Part shown: piece after piece, positions 57,883 to 64,000 of the stretch | How the letters are laid out: each line of letters starts with the position of its first letter | How positions within the stretch are numbered: position 1 is the first letter of the stretch | NCBI GenBank assembly: GCA_963719225.1 | Contig: CAVRAY010000001.1 | Location: 3,520,001 to 3,584,000, forward strand | Reading direction: 5' to 3' | Origin: Thermoanaerobaculia bacterium | Lineage (GTDB): Bacteria > Acidobacteriota > Thermoanaerobaculia > UBA5066 | DNA length: 64,000 bases | Notes under the pieces: model-generated | The model's database searches: none | The model's input: only the letters and a program-made list of their open reading frames with translations | Told to the model about the DNA's origin: nothing | Position numbers and translations under genes: made by a program

Positions 57883-60132
57883 TCACGGACCGGCCTTCAC
57901 GATGATCCGCCGTCCCGGATAGTGCCGCTCCCTTCCGTCACGGGAGCCGAAGACGACCGCCAGCTCGTGAAAGCCGGCGTCCTCGGGTCCGAGCGCCACG
58001 CGCGCCTCGTAGCCGGCCGTCTCGCACGATCCGAGCCGCGGAACGGCGGCCGCCACCTCCGGGCGGGCCGTGCGCCGGATTTCGACGGGGGCGCGCACGA
58101 CGCCGTCGAGCGCCACCTGGACGTCCAGGTCCTCTCCCGGGACGCGCGCCCAGCCGCGCACGACGAGCGGGCCCTGAATCTCCGCCCCCTCGGCAGGCTC
58201 GTCGATGCTTCCGAGGAGCCCGATGTCTTCCCGCCGGCCGTCGCGCGGCCTCGGCGGCCGCCGTAGGAGAAGCTTCCGGGCCGACAGTGCACCGGCTTCT
58301 TGTTCGTTTGTCGCGAAGCGCGGGGGCGGCGCTTCGAGCTCGAGGACCACGACATCGAAGCGCGTGGAGCTGGAGAAGAACGGGAGCTCGTACCGACTCT
58401 CCCGCCGGACCGCGAAACCGCGGCGTTCAAGTCTCTTTTTCGTCAGCTCGAGATCCTTCCCGAGGGAAAGGCTCGCGATCGAGCGGCCCCTCGTGGCCTG
58501 GAGCGCTTCGTAGAAGCGGACCTGATTGGCCGGCAGCTCGAAGTACGTGTCGACGTTCAATCCGATCACCGGCAGGCGCGGCGCGAGGAGCGCCATCAGC
58601 CCGTTCGTCCTCGGCGAAGCGTCGACCCATCCCACGAACGTCGAGAGCGCGTTCCGAAAATCTGCCGGCGCGTCGTTCTTCAGGTCACGGTCGAACCCGA
58701 CGCGGCGAAGCTCCTGCCAGGCGGCACGAGGCTCGTGAAACACCGTCGGCCGGCCCCTCCAGTCGCTGCGCGAAACGTACGTGAGAGCCACGCAGGACTG
58801 AGCTCCGAGGAGCGCGACGGGAAACCAGGCAACGAGTCGCAGGGCGGGACTTCCCTCCGAAGCAGCGGCGATGCCGCGCGCCGCAAGGAGGACGAGGACG
58901 AGCCCGCCCGAGAGCTCCGCGAACAGGCCGTACCGGTGGTTGCCCGATCCGAAGCTCCAGAGAACCGACCCCAGGATCACGATGACGGCGAGACCGATGA
59001 GCCGCCGGTCTCGCTGGTCGCGCGGACGGATCAGGAGCGTCGCGACCGCACCGAGAAAGCCGAGCGCGAGCCTGCCCGAGGTGACGCCCAGCTCGCTGAG
59101 CCTCTCGGGATGGAGCACGGAGACGACCGGCCAGACGAATGCCTGAAGCCGCGAGGTCGGGCCGAACCGGTCATCGCCGGTGTTGAACGGCGGGAAGAGC
59201 GGCGAGCGGAAGAGGGCGTTGAAGTACGGGAAAACGGGGTTCCCCGTCGTCCACCAGAGGAGCAGCGTGTGGGAGGCCATCGGAAGGAGGAAGGCGACCG
59301 CGGCCAGCGCCCAGGCACGTGCTCTCTTCCGCGTTTCGCGGCGGCCTGAAGGGACGAGGAGGAGGCGGCCCACGGCGACGACCCCGATGGCAGCGGCGAA
59401 CACGAGGTTCGTCAGCTTGAAGGCGACGGCCGACCCGAGGAGGAGGCCGACGAGCGGCAAGTCGTCGAGCGGGTCACGCTCCTCCTCCTCGCGCGGGACG
59501 ACGAGGACCGCCGCCTCGAGAAGCAGCGGCAAGCCGAAGAGATCGACCATGTAGTTGCCGACTTCCCACAGGATCCCCTCCGAGCAGACGATCCACAGAA
59601 CCGCCAGCGCGCGGACGAATCGCGAGGCGATCGCCGGCTCGAGGACGCGGAAGAGGATCGCGGCGGTCCAGAGAAGGACGAGGCAGCTCCCGATCGTTCC
59701 GAGCCGACACCCGAGGATGGTTCTCAGCAAGGCCGCGACCATGTCGGGAGCCGGGTTCAGAAACGGGAAATTGTTCGGGTAGAAATCACCGGGAATCGCG
59801 AGGAGGCCGCGGAGGGCCCGCTCACCGTGGAGGATGTGGTAATTCAGGTTGTCGAAGGCGAGGTCCGGAGAGGCCAGGTGGAGCGCCCAGAAGAGCGCGA
59901 GCGGCGCGGCCGTGACCAGCCAGAACGCCGCCGGGAGGGGCGGCTGAGGCCGACGGGAGCGCAGACGAAGGAAGGCGAGGAGCGCCGCCACGCCGATCGA
60001 CGCGGCCCAGGCGACCTTCTCGGGAAGAAGCCAGAAAGCCTGCCTGACCAGGACGAGCGCGTAGAGAAACGCGAGGAGGTCGCCAGCGTCGAGCCGGCCT
60101 CTCGCGCGGCGGGACGCGGGGCTCTCGGGCAT
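57883..60132 (-). CDS. Multi-TM (GT-C-like) protein with C-terminal Ig-like domain
   Basis: D..NYH, K.TN, TGNPVFP..N..F motifs; start chosen to avoid overlap with the divergent gene. Confidence 0.68.
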   Translation of the reverse strand: MPESPASRRARGRLDAGDLLAFLYALVLVRQAFWLLPEKVAWAASIGVAALLAFLRLRSRRPQPPLPAAFWLVTAAPLALFWALHLASPDLAFDNLNYHILHGERALRGLLAIPGDFYPNNFPFLNPAPDMVAALLRTILGCRLGTIGSCLVLLWTAAILFRVLEPAIASRFVRALAVLWIVCSEGILWEVGNYMVDLFGLPLLLEAAVLVVPREEEERDPLDDLPLVGLLLGSAVAFKLTNLVFAAAIGVVAVGRLLLVPSGRRETRKRARAWALAAVAFLLPMASHTLLLWWTTGNPVFPYFNALFRSPLFPPFNTGDDRFGPTSRLQAFVWPVVSVLHPERLSELGVTSGRLALGFLGAVATLLIRPRDQRDRRLIGLAVIVILGSVLWSFGSGNHRYGLFAELSGGLVLVLLAARGIAAASEGSPALRLVAWFPVALLGAQSCVALTYVSRSDWRGRPTVFHEPRAAWQELRRVGFDRDLKNDAPADFRNALSTFVGWVDASPRTNGLMALLAPRLPVIGLNVDTYFELPANQVRFYEALQATRGRSIASLSLGKDLELTKKRLERRGFAVRRESRYELPFFSSSTRFDVVVLELEAPPPRFATNEQEAGALSARKLLLRRPPRPRDGRREDIGLLGSIDEPAEGAEIQGPLVVRGWARVPGEDLDVQVALDGVVRAPVEIRRTARPEVAAAVPRLGSCETAGYEARVALGPEDAGFHELAVVFGSRDGRERHYPGRRIIVKAGP

Positions 60133-60184
60133 GAGGACGTCCGGAGCATACGCATTCCGTGCCGCGCCGAATATCATCGCGTCC

Positions 60185-62569
60185 GTGCCGGCCGAATCCA
60201 GAGTCCGGGTGCGCGCTTTTGGGCGCGAGGTTCTCGTGTTCCTCGCCTTCCTCGGCCTGACCGCCGTCATGACGTGGCCGTGGGTCCTCCATCTGCGCGA
60301 CCACTGCTCGGACACCGGAGACCCTTATCTCGTGTCGTGGACGCTGTGGTGGGATTTTCACCAGACGTTCCACGACCCCTTCCACCTCTTCGACGGAAAC
60401 GTGTTCTTTCCGATGAAGTACAGTCTCGCCTTCAGCGAGCACAACTACGGCATCGCGATGCTTTTTTTCCCGTTTTTTCCCCTCGGCCTGCGTCCGCTCA
60501 CCGCGCACGGCCTCGCGATGCTCCTCGGGTTCGCGTTCTCGGGTTACGGCGCGTTCCGTCTCGCGCGCACGCTCACCGGCTCGACAGGCGCGGCGTGGGT
60601 GGCCGGCATCGCGTTCGCGTTCGTGCCGTACCGCTTCGGCCAGATGCCGCACCTCCCGTACATGTTCTGCGGCTGGATTCCGATTCTCCTCGAGGCGCTC
60701 GTCCTTTTCGTGCGAGAAAGAACGCCGAAAAGGGCGGCCTGGCTCGGGGCCGCCTTCTTTCTGAACGGCCTCTCGGTCATCCACTGGATGGTTCTGACGC
60801 TCATTCCCCTCGCCGCCACGAGCTTCGCTCTTGGGTTCCGGAATGGCGCCGTGCGGGACCGGGAAGGACTGAAACGAGGGGCTCTCGCTCTCGGAATCGC
60901 CGGATTCGCGCTCCTTCCCTTCCTCGTCCCCTACCAGAGGGCCGCGAAGCTCTACGGCTTCACGCGGCATGCCGGCGATGCGATGCACTACTCGGCCATG
61001 CCGAAGCACTGGCTCAGCATGGATCCTCTTAATCGGACTTGGCGAGGCTTTGCCGAAAACCCCTGGCCGGTCGAGCGCCTTCTGTTTCCGGGACTGCTGC
61101 TGCTCCTGCTTCCGCTCGCCGCTGTTCTACTTTCGGCGGCCGAACCGGGCGATGCTCTGAGGAGCGACCCCGCCCCACCATTCGATCCGCGCCGTCGCCG
61201 TCTTCTCGGCTGGCTGGACGGGATCTCGGTCGTCGCGGGAACGCTCGCGCTCTTCGCCGCGAGCCCGACCGGCATCCACGTTCGTCTCGGAGGAAAGGAA
61301 GTCTTCAGCGCCACGGAGTCGTCCCGCGCACTCGCCGTTCTTGCGGCCGCGCTCCTCACGCGTTGGTGGATCGCCTACCCGAAGGCGTTGTCCTTCATGC
61401 GCGGCCGAAACATCCCCGAAAGCCTGAGTCTCCTCCGCCGGCCCGACGCGATCCTCGTCGGCGGCAGCTGGGCGATCCTCGGCTTCTTCGGCTCGCTCGG
61501 GATGAACTTCCCGTTTCACCGCGTGCTCTTCGAGGCGGTCTTCCTCTTTCGCAGCATCCGCGTTCCCGCGCGCTGGGCCATGATCGCGTACCTCGGCCTC
61601 GCGATCCTCGCGGGCGCCGGGGCGCAGGCTCTCGCGGAGGCGTGGCGGCGTCGCGGCGGCGCACGCATGGCGAGTCTCGTCTTCGTCCTAGCCGGCCTCG
61701 GCCTCCTCTTCGAGGACCGGGCCGCGCCGCTCGACCTCATTCGCGGCGAGGCGGATCCCGACGAGGTCACGCGCTTCCTCGCGCAAACGCCGATGAAGGG
61801 CGGCCTCGTCGAGCTTCCGGCGGGCACCGAGGACCACGGCAACTACCGCGCCGTGCTCCGCGCCGCCGACCACCGCAAGCCACTCGTCACGGCCGTCTCG
61901 GGCTTCGGGTCTCCCATCGTGAGCCGTATCGAGGAGGACGAGCGGAAAGCGCCGATTCCCGACGACCTCCTCGACTTCCTCGAGAAGATCCCGACGTCGT
62001 ACGTCCTCGTGCGCGACTCCTGGCTTTCGGCCGAGCTGCGCGGCCCGCACCGCGAGTGGCTCGCACGGGGGATGGCCTCGGGACGGCTCCGCTTCGTGAA
62101 GCGCTTCGATCGCCGCCTCCGAAACGAGCTGTATGCCATCGTCAGGAACGAACCGGAGGCGAAGGCGCTCGAGCCGCTGCCGTGGACTCTTTCGGGGGGG
62201 CCCCTGCCTCCTCCGGCGCTCTACCGCGAGGACCCAACCCTCCTCGGCTCCATCGACGAGCCCGGCGAGGGCGCCGTCGTGACCGGACCGCTCACGGTGC
62301 GCGGCTGGGCCCGCACGAACGGCGAAGACCTCCACGTCACCGTCACGATCGACGGAGAGGAGCGCAGGTTTATCAAGGGCGCGCGCGTGCCGCGACCCGA
62401 GGTTCAGGCCGTTCTTCCTTCTCTCGGCGACTGCCGGACCGCCGGCTACGAGGCGACGTACGCGTTCGAGGCTGGGGACGAGGGCCCCCATGAGATCCAG
62501 GCGCTGTTCCGGGCGTCCGACGGCCGGCAGCGCCATTACCCGCCTCGGAGATTCACCTGGAAACGGTGA
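60185..62569 (+). CDS. YfhO/GT-C-like membrane glycosyltransferase with C-terminal Ig-like domain
   Basis: MTWP, GDP.L..W.L.W, F.P...LAFSE, R.PARW, LV...SG; start uncertain. Confidence 0.72.
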   Translation: MPAESRVRVRAFGREVLVFLAFLGLTAVMTWPWVLHLRDHCSDTGDPYLVSWTLWWDFHQTFHDPFHLFDGNVFFPMKYSLAFSEHNYGIAMLFFPFFPLGLRPLTAHGLAMLLGFAFSGYGAFRLARTLTGSTGAAWVAGIAFAFVPYRFGQMPHLPYMFCGWIPILLEALVLFVRERTPKRAAWLGAAFFLNGLSVIHWMVLTLIPLAATSFALGFRNGAVRDREGLKRGALALGIAGFALLPFLVPYQRAAKLYGFTRHAGDAMHYSAMPKHWLSMDPLNRTWRGFAENPWPVERLLFPGLLLLLLPLAAVLLSAAEPGDALRSDPAPPFDPRRRRLLGWLDGISVVAGTLALFAASPTGIHVRLGGKEVFSATESSRALAVLAAALLTRWWIAYPKALSFMRGRNIPESLSLLRRPDAILVGGSWAILGFFGSLGMNFPFHRVLFEAVFLFRSIRVPARWAMIAYLGLAILAGAGAQALAEAWRRRGGARMASLVFVLAGLGLLFEDRAAPLDLIRGEADPDEVTRFLAQTPMKGGLVELPAGTEDHGNYRAVLRAADHRKPLVTAVSGFGSPIVSRIEEDERKAPIPDDLLDFLEKIPTSYVLVRDSWLSAELRGPHREWLARGMASGRLRFVKRFDRRLRNELYAIVRNEPEAKALEPLPWTLSGGPLPPPALYREDPTLLGSIDEPGEGAVVTGPLTVRGWARTNGEDLHVTVTIDGEERRFIKGARVPRPEVQAVLPSLGDCRTAGYEATYAFEAGDEGPHEIQALFRASDGRQRHYPPRRFTWKR

Positions 62570-64000
62570 AGCGCACGGCGAAGGACGCCGGCGTCCTCCT
62601 AGTCTTCGTCGCCCTGACCATCATCATGACGTGGCCCTGGGCGGCTCACATTCGCGACACGTCTTTCGACAACGGCGATTCGTACCTGATGTCCTGGGCT
62701 CTCGCGTGGGATTTCCATCAGACGTTCCGCGATCCGTTACACCTCTTCGACTCGAACAACTTCTTCCCGTACCGGTACACGCTCGCGCTCTCCGAGCACG
62801 TGTGGGGCATCGCGCTCCTCTTCTTCCCGGCGTACGCCGCCGGCCTTTCACCGCTCACCGTGCACGGCCTCGCGATGCTCTTCGGGTTCGCGTTAAGCGG
62901 TTACGGCGCGTTCCGGCTCGCGCGCACCTTGACGGGCTCGACGACCGCCGGCTGGGTCGCCGGCGTGGCGTTCGCGTTCGTCCCGTATCGCTTCCATCAC
63001 ATCGTTCACCTTCCCTATGTCTTCGCGGGCTGGATGCCGCTCCTGGCCGAGGCCGTCGTCCGCTTCGCGCGCAGACGCTCGTGGCCACGCGCGGCCTGGC
63101 TCGGCCTCGCGTTCTTCATGAGCGGCGTCTCGAGCATCCACTGGTTCCTCCTCGGATCGGTTCCCACGGCCGTCATGGCGGCGTTCCTGTTCCTCAGGGA
63201 TGAGCCCGCCGCGCGGCGCGGGTGGACCAGGGCCGCGGTGTCCATCGGGGCCGCGTCGCTCCTCCTCGTACCTTTCTTCCTGCCGTACCAGCGCGCTCGA
63301 TCGCTCTATGGGCTCGAGCGTGGGTCTGGCGAAGCGGCGTTCTACTCCGCCCGGCCGATCCACTGGCTCACGCCGGATTTCAACATGAGGCTCTGGCGCG
63401 GCATGGGGCAGAGCCCCGGGCGCCCCGAGTTCTGCCTGTTCCCCGGGTTTCTCCTGCTAGCCCTGGCAACCCTCGGGATGGTTCTCTATTTCCGGAAGCG
63501 TTCGGAGGCAGGCACCGCCGGCCTTCTTTTCGCGGGGCTCGGCTTCGTGGGGTCCTTCGGCATGTCGACGCCTTTTCACTGGCTGCTCTTCCACCTCTTT
63601 CCGCCTTTTCACGCGATCCGGGTGCCGGTTCGCTGGGCGATGGTGGCCGACCTGGGTCTCGCCGTTCTCGCGGGCGTCGCTACCGCCGAGCTCGTCGCGA
63701 CGTGGTCCGAGCGCAGGTCGAAGATCTTCGGCTTCGGGATCGCAGCGTGTCTCTGCGGAACCCTTCTCTTCGAAGACCGCATGGCGCCGCTTTATCTCAA
63801 TCGCGGAGAGCCCGATCCGGATCCGCTCACCCGGTTCCTCGAGGAGACGCCGATGGCGGGCGGACTCTACGAATTGCCCGACGCATTCAACGAGACGAAT
63901 GCTCTCCACGTCCTGCGTGCGGCCGACCACTGGAAGCCGCTCGTGAATGGCTATTCGGGCTTCTGGCCGCCGATCGCGCAGAACCTGCACGACCTGATGG
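62566..64000 (+). CDS. Paralogous YfhO/GT-C-like membrane protein (3'-truncated by window)
   Basis: GTGA overlap; manual translation VKRTAKDAGVLLVFVALTIIMTWPW...WDFHQTF..., clearly paralogous to the upstream gene; missing from the ORF track because it has no stop in the window. Confidence 0.8.
   Translation, partial: MKRTAKDAGVLLVFVALTIIMTWPWAAHIRDTSFDNGDSYLMSWALAWDFHQTFRDPLHLFDSNNFFPYRYTLALSEHVWGIALLFFPAYAAGLSPLTVHGLAMLFGFALSGYGAFRLARTLTGSTTAGWVAGVAFAFVPYRFHHIVHLPYVFAGWMPLLAEAVVRFARRRSWPRAAWLGLAFFMSGVSSIHWFLLGSVPTAVMAAFLFLRDEPAARRGWTRAAVSIGAASLLLVPFFLPYQRARSLYGLERGSGEAAFYSARPIHWLTPDFNMRLWRGMGQSPGRPEFCLFPGFLLLALATLGMVLYFRKRSEAGTAGLLFAGLGFVGSFGMSTPFHWLLFHLFPPFHAIRVPVRWAMVADLGLAVLAGVATAELVATWSERRSKIFGFGIAACLCGTLLFEDRMAPLYLNRGEPDPDPLTRFLEETPMAGGLYELPDAFNETNALHVLRAADHWKPLVNGYSGFWPPIAQNLHDLM

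Overview
A GC-rich, densely coding bacterial chromosomal window; gene content suggests Acidobacteriota (Thermoanaerobaculia-like), which is an inference. In order it holds: the 3' part of an atypical A-family cytochrome c oxidase operon; a nucleoside hydrolase; a Ser/Thr kinase; duplicated OmpA lipoproteins; mscL; glgP; a cusCBA-type metal efflux operon; a ubiquitin-like sulfur-carrier operon (JAMM, MoaD-like, MetB-like, MoeZ); two HTH-PTS EIIA regulators ahead of an Ehr (NiFe-less hydrogenase-related) complex; a repeat-bearing radical SAM enzyme; a tRNA-Thr-adjacent islet (hicB, broken hicA, orphan contractile sheath); an ECF sigma/anti-sigma pair; metY-metX; a sigma54 two-component system; and several GT-C-like membrane proteins. 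The strongest unannotated signal is a 44-codon leader ORF containing C-M-C-M-C-S-M, set within a protector/antiterminator/terminator RNA architecture upstream of metYX. This is a candidate dual Cys/Met-sensing ribosome-mediated attenuator. A likely selenoprotein redoxin (in-frame TGA plus SECIS-like hairpin) is also present. All calls come from manual motif recognition; no database searches or folding computations were run.
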